Assembly (NCBI GenBank): GCA_041662565.1
Contig: JBAZSE010000003.1
Location: forward strand, 44,260-108,259
DNA length: 64,000 bases
Direction: 5' to 3'
Origin: Patescibacteria group bacterium
Lineage (GTDB): Bacteria > Patescibacteriota > Patescibacteriia > UBA1558 > UBA10009
Shown here: in pieces, positions 17,272 through 27,184 of the stretch
Layout: each line of letters starts with the position of its first letter
Numbering within the stretch: the first letter of the stretch is position 1
Notes under the pieces: model-generated
Told to the model about the DNA's origin: nothing
Database searches by the model: none
Seen by the model: the letters and a program-made list of their open reading frames with translations, nothing else
Made by a program: the position numbers and the translations under genes

Positions 17272-18858
17272 TCATATAAATTTTAAATATTTCTGCGATC
17301 TTCTGCCTTCAAACAAAACAACCGCGTTCGAGTTTATTATAGAACTTAAATAATTAACAATCGCACTCTCGCCCTCTTTTTCCAATAAAATTACTTGGTG
17401 CTTAATGCCCAAAGCAATCAATTGGCTTTTAATTATGTTACAGTAATTTTTTCCAACCAAAATTATTTTTTCCAAATCGACTTTTGCCAAAGCAGAAGCT
17501 ACTTGTTTGTGTATTTTAACGGAATCTTTTCCAAGCTCTAAGATATCATCCAAAATAACAACTCTGGGAGAGGAAAAATTTGTTAATGATTCCAGGGCGC
17601 TTAATACCCCGCTGGGATTGGCATTGTAACTGTCGTCAAGTAAAAATAAATTTTGCTTTTTTACCAACTTTAAAGTTTGATCCAGTTGTTTGATTTCAGC
17701 AACTTGTTGGGCTAAATCTTGAAAATCCAAACCCAATGCCAAACCAACAGACATGCCGGCTAAAATATTTAAAATATTATGGGAACCGATTAATGATGTT
17801 TGGCAATTAATACTTTGATTTTTATATTCTACCGTAAAATTTTGAACTCCATTAACAAAACTTATTTTTACTGCCCTTAAATCAACAACGGGGTGATTGA
17901 TGCCGTATCTGATAACAGGATGATTTTGAGGCAAAGCAATATCTCTGATAAATTCATTATCGTAATTTAAAACCAAACAAGCATTTGGCTTGGCATAATG
18001 GATAATTTCCGATTTGGCTTTAATAATGTTATTAAGGCCGCCAAATAAGGCGCTATGCTGTAAATCAAGGCCGGTAATAACCGCCACATCCGGAGGAGCA
18101 ATCTGGCAGCTTTTTTTTATTTCTCCTATTTTATAGGCCGCCATTTCGGCCACAAAAACCTTAAAATTTTGCAAACTGTGATTTAAAATAGTTTGGGCCA
18201 AACCAATCTCGCTATTTTGATTTTTAAATGTTTTAAGCGTGGGCAAATGTTTACTTAAAAACTGATAGGAAATTTCTTTAACGCTGGTTTTGCCGTAACT
18301 ACCCGTAATGCCTACAATTTTTAAATTCGATTGATTGGCAATACGCGATTTTGCTCGTTTAATTAAAATATTCTTTACAAAATATGCAAACGGATAAATA
18401 ATCCCCACGCAACTTGAAACTACTAAAGGCAACACAATTAAAATAAATACTAAAAAAATCAAAGAAAAATTGGATATTAAAGAAAAATAATAACAAGTTA
18501 AAAATGAAAATAAAATAATCAACCGCGCTTTTAAAGTCCATTTAGGCAATACCAATGATTTATTAACAAAAACTTTAAAAAGCAAAAATAGTTCGGCAAA
18601 AATAAAAATAAGGAATAAAAACTTAAAAAGCAATTGATCAGAAGGCAAACAAAAATACAGAATAATAAACGTCAAAATCTCTAAAATGTACGCCTTATTA
18701 AAGAAAGATTTTTTTCCATCAAGAGTTGAAAAATAATCAAGCAATCGATCTGTACGATATTCCTTGATTTGCCAAATGGCAACCCAAAAAATTATACTTT
18801 TGAGCAAAATAATAAACCAAACAACTAAAATAAATATGTTCAAAAAATTATTGGCCAT
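17272..18858 (-). CDS. murF: UDP-MurNAc-tripeptide--D-Ala-D-Ala ligase MurF with N-terminal polytopic membrane domain
   Basis: GITGSYGKTS P-loop and DDSYNANPSG C-terminal Mur-ligase motif. The first ~170 aa are entirely hydrophobic (4-5 predicted TM helices) instead of the usual soluble N-domain. Confidence 0.8.
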   Translation of the reverse strand: MANNFLNIFILVVWFIILLKSIIFWVAIWQIKEYRTDRLLDYFSTLDGKKSFFNKAYILEILTFIILYFCLPSDQLLFKFLFLIFIFAELFLLFKVFVNKSLVLPKWTLKARLIILFSFLTCYYFSLISNFSLIFLVFILIVLPLVVSSCVGIIYPFAYFVKNILIKRAKSRIANQSNLKIVGITGSYGKTSVKEISYQFLSKHLPTLKTFKNQNSEIGLAQTILNHSLQNFKVFVAEMAAYKIGEIKKSCQIAPPDVAVITGLDLQHSALFGGLNNIIKAKSEIIHYAKPNACLVLNYDNEFIRDIALPQNHPVIRYGINHPVVDLRAVKISFVNGVQNFTVEYKNQSINCQTSLIGSHNILNILAGMSVGLALGLDFQDLAQQVAEIKQLDQTLKLVKKQNLFLLDDSYNANPSGVLSALESLTNFSSPRVVILDDILELGKDSVKIHKQVASALAKVDLEKIILVGKNYCNIIKSQLIALGIKHQVILLEKEGESAIVNYLSSIINSNAVVLFEGRRSQKYLKFI

Positions 18859-18860
18859 AG

Positions 18861-19628
18861 CTATAAATTATTCAAAACAATTTTTTTTAATTGCTGGGGG
18901 TGGGTTAAATGCAAACCATGCCGACCATCTTCAATAACATAAGTTTTGGCTAAAGGCATGCTTTGCTTGATTTTTAAAAAATTTTTAAAAGGCGTGTAAG
19001 TATCATGTTTGCCCCAAATTATCGTTGTGGGGCATTTAAGATTGGCTAAAACCGAACTTAAATCATCAGCTAAAACATTTTTCATGGTTTGCTTCATCAC
19101 CGGGTTGGTAAGCGAACCGTAATCAACAGAACCTATTAGGCGGTAAAAAAATTCCCTTAACTTTTGGGCCTTGCCTAACAGCAAAATTTTCATGATTTTA
19201 GCGCAAAAGTTTACAATAATTTTATATAAGCTTTGCCTGGGTCTGATAACGGCAGCTCCGACTAAAAACAGCTTATTAAGAACGCCAGGATACTCTGCGG
19301 CAAATCTAACGGCAATCTGTCCGCCAAACGAATGTCCTAAAATATCAACTTTAGTTAAACCAAAACAACTACTGACTTTTTTGATAAAATGGGCGTAATC
19401 TTTGACTGTCCAGGGAGTTTGTGGGGAATCGCTTTCACCAAAGCCGGGTAAATCAAAAATTAAAACATTAACGGGCTCACCCTTAAGTTGCCCGATGTAA
19501 TTACTCCAGCTTTGAATACTGCCTCCCCAACCATGGATGATAACCAGATTATTAATTGACCCTTGGTTTAAATAAAGGCAGTTGATTTTTAAGCCGTCAA
19601 CATTAATAAAACTTGTTTCCATTGGCAA
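18861..19628 (-). CDS. alpha/beta-fold hydrolase
   Basis: HGWGGS and GHSFGG nucleophile elbow. Confidence 0.75.
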   Translation of the reverse strand: MPMETSFINVDGLKINCLYLNQGSINNLVIIHGWGGSIQSWSNYIGQLKGEPVNVLIFDLPGFGESDSPQTPWTVKDYAHFIKKVSSCFGLTKVDILGHSFGGQIAVRFAAEYPGVLNKLFLVGAAVIRPRQSLYKIIVNFCAKIMKILLLGKAQKLREFFYRLIGSVDYGSLTNPVMKQTMKNVLADDLSSVLANLKCPTTIIWGKHDTYTPFKNFLKIKQSMPLAKTYVIEDGRHGLHLTHPQQLKKIVLNNL

Positions 19629-19633
19629 AAAAA

Positions 19634-20881
19634 TTATTTAATAACTTTTAAACCCAAATATTTTTGCAAAACTTTAGGAACTTTAACAGAACCATCGGCT
19701 TGTTGATTTTGTTCCAAAATAGCCGGCAACAAACGACTGGTAGCCAAACCGGAGCCGTTTAAAGTATGGACAAACTCCGTTTTACCCGCTAAATTTTTGT
19801 ATCTAATATTGCCTCGGCGCGCCTGATAATCCATGGCCTGTGAAACGCTGGAAACTTCCTTAAATAAATTCATGCTGGGCAACCAAACTTCGATATCAAC
19901 GGTTTTAGCCATGGCACTCGAGGCATCTTCGGCTGCCAATTTAACCGTTTGAAAATGCAAATCCAAACCAGCCATTAATTTTTCGGCGTTTGTTACCAAT
20001 TCGTCAAAAATTTTTGTGGACTCATCAGGTTTGGCAAAAGCGAACATTTCTATTTTATTGAACTGATGCCCCCTAACCATACCCCGTTCTTCGGTACGAT
20101 AACTCCCCGCTTCCCTTCTAAAACAGGTTGAGAAGGAAAAATATTTTTTTGGCAGATCCTTTTCTTGAAAAATTTCTTCGCGATGATAATTCAAAAGCAT
20201 CATTTCACTGGTGGCATCCAAACACAGTTTATCCTGGGTCCAAAACAAATCGTCTCTAAATTTAGGCAAATGGCCGGAAGTAAAGGCGGATTGTTCGGTA
20301 AGTAAAAATGGTAACAATAAAAATTCGTACTTATTTTGGCGGTGAAAATCGATAAAATAATTCAATAATGCCCATTCCAAAACCGCACCGACACCTGTGT
20401 AGGCCCAAAAACCGGAGCCGGACATTTTAACTGCCCTTTCATAATCTATTAACCCAAGCGAGGTAGCTAACTCCACATGATCTTTAATTAAAAATTTTCC
20501 AACCGAAAAATTCGGTTTTTTTCCAAATACTTTAAGCACTTGGTTATTTTCTTTACCACCGGCAACCACATCTGAGGCCGGTAAATTGGGTAAAGCGGAT
20601 AATTTTTCCTGAAGTTCCAAATTAACTTTAGCCAGTTGATCGTCCAACTCTTTAATTTCTTGGCCGACTTTTTTCATAGCAGCAATGACTTCTGGAGTAG
20701 GTTTGCTTTTGGAAACCTGATTTCTTTGAGATTTTAAATCATCGCATTTTTTAATCAATTCACGGCGCGCATCATCCAAAGAGATAATTTCATCCAGATT
20801 AAAATCATCCGACTTTAATCTTTTTAATAAGGCCTGCTCAATTTCATTTTTATTATTACGAATTTTATTAATATCCAACAT
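19634..20881 (-). CDS. serS: serine--tRNA ligase
   Basis: N-terminal coiled coil. Class II motifs FRREAGS and GSGLATSR. Confidence 0.9.
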   Translation of the reverse strand: MLDINKIRNNKNEIEQALLKRLKSDDFNLDEIISLDDARRELIKKCDDLKSQRNQVSKSKPTPEVIAAMKKVGQEIKELDDQLAKVNLELQEKLSALPNLPASDVVAGGKENNQVLKVFGKKPNFSVGKFLIKDHVELATSLGLIDYERAVKMSGSGFWAYTGVGAVLEWALLNYFIDFHRQNKYEFLLLPFLLTEQSAFTSGHLPKFRDDLFWTQDKLCLDATSEMMLLNYHREEIFQEKDLPKKYFSFSTCFRREAGSYRTEERGMVRGHQFNKIEMFAFAKPDESTKIFDELVTNAEKLMAGLDLHFQTVKLAAEDASSAMAKTVDIEVWLPSMNLFKEVSSVSQAMDYQARRGNIRYKNLAGKTEFVHTLNGSGLATSRLLPAILEQNQQADGSVKVPKVLQKYLGLKVIK

Positions 20882-20903
20882 ATATTTATTTTTGCTAAAC
20901 CGA

Positions 20904-21494
20904 TTAATTCAGCAGATATTGTTTTAAAGATTCCAAATTTTTTAAACGATGGCTGATTGCTTCTCTTTCTGATTCCGTTAAATCCTGGACATGCTTATTA
21001 AAATCCGAACTGACAAAGCAACAGCGATAAGGGAAACCAACCGGATAATCGTCTCTGATATCATTGGTAATATATCCTTCTTTGGTATTTTTAAATAAAT
21101 GGATTTGTTCCGGATTATTTACTAAACAGCTTACCGCCACAAATCTGGCGCTTCTTTGATCAATGGGTATTGTTGGGATGATTTTTTTTAAATGATTAAC
21201 CAATTCTTCGTCACTGGCCTCGTATCCCAGCCACCTTTTGCTTTTAACACCCGGTTCACCATTAAAATAATCTATTTCAAATCCGCCATCATCTCCCAGC
21301 GTGGGCATTTGTGAAAGATTATAATAAAATAGGGTCTTATCGCGCGCATTTTCTTCAAAAGTGTTGCCAATTTCCTGATATTTTTCTTTTATGCCCAAAT
21401 CATCAAGAGTACAGAATTCGACCCCGATTTTGCCCAATTTTTGACGGTACGATTGAATTTTAGCAGGATTATGGGTGGCCAATAAAATTTTCAT
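20904..21494 (-). CDS. RdgB/HAM1-family non-canonical purine NTP pyrophosphatase
   Basis: MKILLATHNPAKI N-terminus typical of Ham1/ITPase. Confidence 0.75.
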   Translation of the reverse strand: MKILLATHNPAKIQSYRQKLGKIGVEFCTLDDLGIKEKYQEIGNTFEENARDKTLFYYNLSQMPTLGDDGGFEIDYFNGEPGVKSKRWLGYEASDEELVNHLKKIIPTIPIDQRSARFVAVSCLVNNPEQIHLFKNTKEGYITNDIRDDYPVGFPYRCCFVSSDFNKHVQDLTESEREAISHRLKNLESLKQYLLN

Positions 21495-23006
21495 TTATTT
21501 GACTTTTCTGCTTTCTTCTTCGGGTTTTAAAATTGGGAATAAAATAACTTCTTTAATGTTATGAGTGTTGGTTAAAATATTAACCAATCTATCTATACCC
21601 ATACCCAAACCGGCAGTGGGAGGCATGCCGTATTTTAAAGCTGTTACAAAATCATTATCATTACCCATGGCTTCATCATCTCCTTTGGCAGCCAATTCGG
21701 ATTGAAAAGCAAACCTGGCTTCTTGGTCTAGAGGATCGTTAAGTTCGGTAAAGGCATTCATCAATTCAATCCTTCCGCCAATAATAAGTTGGAACCTTTC
21801 CACGTAATTAGGACGATCGGTCATTTTTTTTGCTAAGGGGGAAAGTTCAATCGGATGGTTAATCACAAAAGTCGGGTTAATCAATTTTGGTCGAACGAAT
21901 TTTTTATAAAGTTCATCGGCTAATTTGCCTTTACCCCAAGAGGACTCAACAGCCAGGCCTTTCTTTTTGGCTTCTTTAGCTAAAGCGGAAGAATCATATT
22001 TATCCAAATCGATTCCGGATTCGTTAAGCAGAGCTTCTCTAAAATCAACGCGCTGATAAGGACCGGCAAAATTTATTTTATGGCCGTCGTATTCGATCGT
22101 TAAATCCCCGCAAACCTCTCTAACCAAAGCAGGTAAAAATTTTTCCATTTCTCCCATTAAATCGTTATAATTTTTGTAGGCCCAATAAAATTCAATTTGG
22201 GTAAATTCGGGGTTATGCGCAAAATCAACGCCTTCATTTCTAAAACAACGGGCAATTTCAAAAACTTTTTCAAATCCACCCACCACTAATTTTTTTAAAT
22301 ACAGTTCCGGTGCTACTCTTAAAAACATTTCCGTATCAAGAGCGTTATGGTGAGTTTTAAACGGCTTGGCAATGGCGCCCGATGCCAGCAATTGCAAAAT
22401 TGGCGTATCCACTTCGATAAAACCAAGATTGATAAAATAATTTCTGATAAATTGAACAATTTGGCTGCGTTTATTAAAAATTTGCCTGACCTCGGGATTG
22501 GCCAATAAATCCAAGTAGCGTTGCCTAAATCTGGTTTCCACGTCATTTAAACCGTGCCATTTTTCCGGCAAAGGTAAAAGGGCCTTTGAGAGCAGGGTAA
22601 AACTTTGAACTAATAGCGATTTTTCTCCCCTTTTGGTAGTAAATAATGTACCGGTTATTGAAATAAAATCGCCGATATCAAAACTGTCATTGAAAAATCC
22701 GTATTGCTCATCACCCAAAACATCCTGCTTAAAATAGGCCTGCATTTTTGCGGATTCATCTTCAAGATGAATAAAACAGGAACCACCATGCAAACGAATA
22801 GATCTGATCCTGCCGGCTAAAGATAATACGGCGGATGATTTTTCAAGTTCTTCAAAATCAGAGATTGCCTCATTAATCAAATGAGAACGTTGAACATTTT
22901 TTGGATAAGCATCGATGCCTAAAGCATTGATTTTAGTTAATCTTTGCAAGCGGATTTGATACTCATCCGAAGGATTTATGGGTGTATTCATATAAATTAA
23001 TATCAA
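21495..23006 (-). CDS. lysS: lysine--tRNA ligase (class II)
   Basis: OB-fold N-domain. FRNEGVDFAHNPEFT motif 2. GGLGMGIDRL motif 3. Confidence 0.9.
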   Translation of the reverse strand: MILIYMNTPINPSDEYQIRLQRLTKINALGIDAYPKNVQRSHLINEAISDFEELEKSSAVLSLAGRIRSIRLHGGSCFIHLEDESAKMQAYFKQDVLGDEQYGFFNDSFDIGDFISITGTLFTTKRGEKSLLVQSFTLLSKALLPLPEKWHGLNDVETRFRQRYLDLLANPEVRQIFNKRSQIVQFIRNYFINLGFIEVDTPILQLLASGAIAKPFKTHHNALDTEMFLRVAPELYLKKLVVGGFEKVFEIARCFRNEGVDFAHNPEFTQIEFYWAYKNYNDLMGEMEKFLPALVREVCGDLTIEYDGHKINFAGPYQRVDFREALLNESGIDLDKYDSSALAKEAKKKGLAVESSWGKGKLADELYKKFVRPKLINPTFVINHPIELSPLAKKMTDRPNYVERFQLIIGGRIELMNAFTELNDPLDQEARFAFQSELAAKGDDEAMGNDNDFVTALKYGMPPTAGLGMGIDRLVNILTNTHNIKEVILFPILKPEEESRKVK

Positions 23007-23047
23007 TATATTATAGCTAAAAACGTCATTTTTGGCAAATTTTATAT

Positions 23048-23881
23048 TTAATCATGTTTTGGCAAGGATTTATTTCTAAATTTATTAAAATAACTTAACC
23101 AACTGGCCAAATGGATGCGGGCCGTTTTGGAAAAAAAGGCCAGCCATAAACCTTTTTCAGCCGAAGTTCGCTGGTGAAAATGGATCACGCAGGCGCCGGC
23201 CACATACCAAACCTGCCACTTGTTTTCCCAAAATCTTCGGCACCAATCCAAATCTTCCATGTACAAAAAATATTTTTCATCCAACAAACCAACATTTTCC
23301 AAAGCGGATTTTTTAACTATTAAACAGGCGCCAAACAACCAATCGACTTTTTTATTCTCCTCATGGTTCCAATCCAGCATCAAATAACGGTTTAACCATA
23401 ATTTACCCCTAGATGTCGCGCCTAAAGAAGTTCGCCTGTAAAAGGGCAAACGCCAATCAGGAAAACGCGAACAAGTATACTGCAAACTGTTATCCGGATT
23501 TAAAATTTTAGGGCCAGCCAATCCAGCATTTGGATTGGCTTCCATAAAATTATATAAACCCATGATAGCGTTGCTTAAAATTCTGATATCGGGATTTAAA
23601 ATTAAAATATACTTGCCGCTTGCAGCTTTAATCCCTAAATTATTACCGGCTGCGTATCCCCTATTTTGACCGGCTTGAATAAACTTAACTCTTAAAAATT
23701 GCTCGCTGATTAAACGATCCAAGCCATCATGGGAATTATTGTCAACAACAATTATTTCATATTTAAGGGGAATATCCAAAGACAATAAATTTTTTAAGCA
23801 ATATTTAACCAAGCCCTTTTGTTGATAATTTAAAATAACGATTGATAAATCCATATTAATTAAACCATTTAACCAAATCAA
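23048..23881 (-). CDS. family 2 glycosyltransferase (likely start at MDLSIVILNYQ, nt 23854)
   Basis: SIVILNYQ ... VVDNNS GT2 N-terminal signature. Confidence 0.75.
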   Translation of the reverse strand: MIWLNGLINMDLSIVILNYQQKGLVKYCLKNLLSLDIPLKYEIIVVDNNSHDGLDRLISEQFLRVKFIQAGQNRGYAAGNNLGIKAASGKYILILNPDIRILSNAIMGLYNFMEANPNAGLAGPKILNPDNSLQYTCSRFPDWRLPFYRRTSLGATSRGKLWLNRYLMLDWNHEENKKVDWLFGACLIVKKSALENVGLLDEKYFLYMEDLDWCRRFWENKWQVWYVAGACVIHFHQRTSAEKGLWLAFFSKTARIHLASWLSYFNKFRNKSLPKHD

Positions 23882-24884
23882 ATGACGATATTTTTCTGAT
23901 ATTTTTTATAATATATTTACGTTTAGCTGACATTTTCTTTTTTTGCTTAAAAAATAACGATAAACCCTTAAGCGTTGCTGGCTCGAATATAACCAGATAA
24001 ATCAGTTTTTTGCATTCATAAAAAAATATCGGCCAAAAATACTTAAATAAATTGGCAACAAACTCATTTTTATAAATGGCCGATAAATGATTTTTATAGG
24101 AATAAATTTTAACCTGCCTATCCTTACCCTTGCGGTACAAACGGGTCGCTTTATCGCTTAAATCATTATTGCCTTTTGTTGTTCTATCATGATAAGCTAC
24201 GGCGCTTGGCAAATAAACGGCAGAATAGCCCGCTAATTGAAAACGATAAGCCAAATCAACATCTTCTTTGTACGAAAAAAAATCTTCATCAAAATATTCT
24301 GCCGCTTTACCGTGGATGGCTTCGATCTTAACTTGCTCCAAGGCACTGCGACGATAAATAGGCGCGGCTCCGGAAACGCCAAAAACCTCTTCTGTTTTTT
24401 CAAATTGCCCATCATCTTCTTGGCCTTGACCTATTTCTACCACCCGATGATTTTTAAAAATCTTTAAACCTGCCGTATCGATAATTTTTGTCTTTATATT
24501 TCCGTTAAAATCCCAATAATAAAGTTTACCCGAAATTGCCGCTGTTTGCGGGTGATTATCCAGATAAGCAACGGCTTGTGATAAATAATTCGGCTCCAAA
24601 ATAATATCCTGGTTTAAAGGCATGAAATATTCGCTTTTGGTCCAGGCAATGCCCTGATTATGAGCCTTAGCGTAACCCAAATTTTGCGGATGGCGCACTA
24701 AGGGCAGATTTGGATAGGATTCTTGAAAAAACTTAACCGTATCATCACTAGAACCGTTATCAATCACTAAAATAATAAAATCTTTAAAATCTTGATTCAT
24801 CAAAGAATTCAAGCAAAAAGGCAAATATTTACCGGCGTTGCTGGTTACCAAGCAAATGGCTAAACGTGCGCTTTTAATTTCCAT
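23856..24884 (-). CDS. family 2 glycosyltransferase
   Basis: ICLVTSN ... VIDNGSSDDT GT2 signature. Confidence 0.75.
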   Translation of the reverse strand: MEIKSARLAICLVTSNAGKYLPFCLNSLMNQDFKDFIILVIDNGSSDDTVKFFQESYPNLPLVRHPQNLGYAKAHNQGIAWTKSEYFMPLNQDIILEPNYLSQAVAYLDNHPQTAAISGKLYYWDFNGNIKTKIIDTAGLKIFKNHRVVEIGQGQEDDGQFEKTEEVFGVSGAAPIYRRSALEQVKIEAIHGKAAEYFDEDFFSYKEDVDLAYRFQLAGYSAVYLPSAVAYHDRTTKGNNDLSDKATRLYRKGKDRQVKIYSYKNHLSAIYKNEFVANLFKYFWPIFFYECKKLIYLVIFEPATLKGLSLFFKQKKKMSAKRKYIIKNIRKISSFDLVKWFN

Positions 24885-26307
24885 GGTTATTCTTTAAAAA
24901 TAATGAAATAGATGCCGTAAACAGCAAAATGCCTATGCCCAAAGGGTGGTTTAAATATGGGCTAAACATAGATACTATCAACAAGGCAATAAGGCCCCAA
25001 AATAAACCCATACCCAAAGGGCCGGATTTTAAGCAATCCATGCCTATCTTAGCAATGAATGCCAAGTAAGCCAAGAGCCCTAATAAACCCAGTTTAAGGC
25101 AAATATCCAAATATCCCCATTCAAAAGCATAGGTTAAATAATTTCCGTTGGGATTGTTTTTAAGTACTCTGGGATCTTGAGAAACATAGGTTACGGTTTT
25201 ACCAAAACCGGCGCCCAAAAAAATATTATCAATAATGTTATTTTTTAAAGGAGTTAGTTGTTGCAAACGACTAATCCCGGCAGCATCAAGATTAATACTG
25301 CCAACCCTATTGCCTACAGCCACTTGCCAATAATTTCCGGTAATGATTTGCAAAAAAAATATTTCTCCAAACAAAATTACAACTGCCAAAGCCAAACCCT
25401 TAAAAATTATTTTGTAATCAAAGATTTTTTTTACAATTGCGTAAATTGTCAAAATTACCAAAGCACCCGATAGCCCTACCCAAAAACTTCTGGATAAGCT
25501 GGCCAAAATCGCCGTGCTGCTTAAAATTAAAGTTAACCACAAAACAATTTTATCAATGCGCCGGTTAAATTGAAAAACCAATAAAGCCAAAGATATAAAA
25601 AATCCTGTTAGCAAAAAAATCTGCGATTGCATAAAAATGCGGTAAAAATTTCCGGCAATAAAGGTTACTTCGGCCAAACCGCTTATTCTTAACCATTGGT
25701 AAATATCAACGGTCAGGTGTGGCGCGCTATAAGCAAACCAAATCAGTAAAAAAAGTGTTTTTACAGATAAATAAATCACGCAGGCAAAAAAAATGCCCAG
25801 AAACTCATTTATTTTCTGTCTGGAATTTATAACAATAAAAAATACTGGCGCCAACAGCCAAAACAGCCAAGCGTTAAAATCCTGGTACCAAGTAAGCCCT
25901 TGATTTCTGAGCCAACCCTGTAAAATTGCCAATAAAACAAACACGCCAAAAACTAAAAAATATTTCCAATAATTTGTTGTAAAAAATTCTAACTGTTTTT
26001 TTCGCAAAAATTCCCAAAGCCAAATCAATAAAACTATAGCAAATAAAACTAACCGTAAAGAAATTTTAAAATCCTGAATGGTTAAATAAAATAAATACCC
26101 TTTAGAGCCAATTAACAACTCGCTCAAAATCAAATACAAACCAAAGCGCAAATCATAAATTGATAAAATAATCGTTGCCAGTGCCAAAAATATAAAAATT
26201 ACCGGATTAACGTAGGGAAAAATTGATCCCAAAAACGACAAAATTTCAATTGCCAAAAATATTGGCAAAGCAAATTTAAAATATTTAAAATTAAAATTAG
26301 CGATCAT
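24874..26307 (-). CDS. O-antigen ligase/polymerase (Wzy_C)-like polytopic membrane protein
   Basis: ~11 predicted TM helices with a large loop. Sits inside a glycosyltransferase cluster. Confidence 0.6.
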   Translation of the reverse strand: MIANFNFKYFKFALPIFLAIEILSFLGSIFPYVNPVIFIFLALATIILSIYDLRFGLYLILSELLIGSKGYLFYLTIQDFKISLRLVLFAIVLLIWLWEFLRKKQLEFFTTNYWKYFLVFGVFVLLAILQGWLRNQGLTWYQDFNAWLFWLLAPVFFIVINSRQKINEFLGIFFACVIYLSVKTLFLLIWFAYSAPHLTVDIYQWLRISGLAEVTFIAGNFYRIFMQSQIFLLTGFFISLALLVFQFNRRIDKIVLWLTLILSSTAILASLSRSFWVGLSGALVILTIYAIVKKIFDYKIIFKGLALAVVILFGEIFFLQIITGNYWQVAVGNRVGSINLDAAGISRLQQLTPLKNNIIDNIFLGAGFGKTVTYVSQDPRVLKNNPNGNYLTYAFEWGYLDICLKLGLLGLLAYLAFIAKIGMDCLKSGPLGMGLFWGLIALLIVSMFSPYLNHPLGIGILLFTASISLFLKNNHGN

Positions 26308-27184
26308 TTTTTACGGGCATAATTGATAAAAATAAACTGATTGGCGTTAGCAGAAAAATAAGCCAATATGCCAACACGCTTTGGTGTTTTTTAATATAAT
26401 TTAAGCGGCTAAGGCTAAAAATCCACTGCTTTTTTAAATTGAATTTTTCTTGGTTAAAACTGCGTCCGCCATAATGGATTATTTCGGTTTGAGCAAAATA
26501 TACTACTTTAAAACCGGCACCTATAGCGCGCTGGCAAAAATCAACTTCTTCAAACCATAGATAATATTTTTCGTCCCAAAAACCTATTTTATTCAAACAT
26601 TGCCTGCTAACCAAAAAAAGGGCACCCATAACCTGCTCCACGTTTTGCGTTTTATCGTAATTAAAATCAAGAGCTAAGTAGCGTTTTAACAAAAACAAAT
26701 GATGCAACTTAAACATCATTATTAAATGATCAAAAAGTGCGGGAAAGCGCCTAACCGATGGCTGCAAAGTCAAATCGGCATTTAAAAGTCGAGCACCTAA
26801 AATTCCGATTTTCTTATCATGAGCAATAAAATTAATGGCCCGAGTTAATGAAGAATCAAAAAATTCAGTATCAGGGTTTAAAAACAACACAAAATCGCCG
26901 CTGGAATTTTTTAGGCCCAAATTGTTGGCTCGGGCAAAACCCAAATTATTCCGGCTGGCTAAGATTTTGGTTTGGGGAAAATTACTTCGGACCATTTCTA
27001 CCGTGCCATCTGTGGAATTGTTATCAACGACAATTACTTCAAAATTCAAATCCACCAATTTGGCATAAATTGATCGCAAACAATTTTCCAATAAATCTTT
27101 AACTTGCCAGGAAACAATAATAATGGATAATTTCATAATTTTTGAAAAATTATCTCCAACATCCTTTCGGATCGCTTGAGCCAA
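26297..27184 (-). CDS. family 2 glycosyltransferase (likely start at MKLSIIIVS, nt 27136, giving ATGA overlap with the upstream gene)
   Basis: LSIIIVSWQ ... VVDNNSTDGT GT2 signature. Confidence 0.75.
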   Translation of the reverse strand: MAQAIRKDVGDNFSKIMKLSIIIVSWQVKDLLENCLRSIYAKLVDLNFEVIVVDNNSTDGTVEMVRSNFPQTKILASRNNLGFARANNLGLKNSSGDFVLFLNPDTEFFDSSLTRAINFIAHDKKIGILGARLLNADLTLQPSVRRFPALFDHLIMMFKLHHLFLLKRYLALDFNYDKTQNVEQVMGALFLVSRQCLNKIGFWDEKYYLWFEEVDFCQRAIGAGFKVVYFAQTEIIHYGGRSFNQEKFNLKKQWIFSLSRLNYIKKHQSVLAYWLIFLLTPISLFLSIMPVKNDR

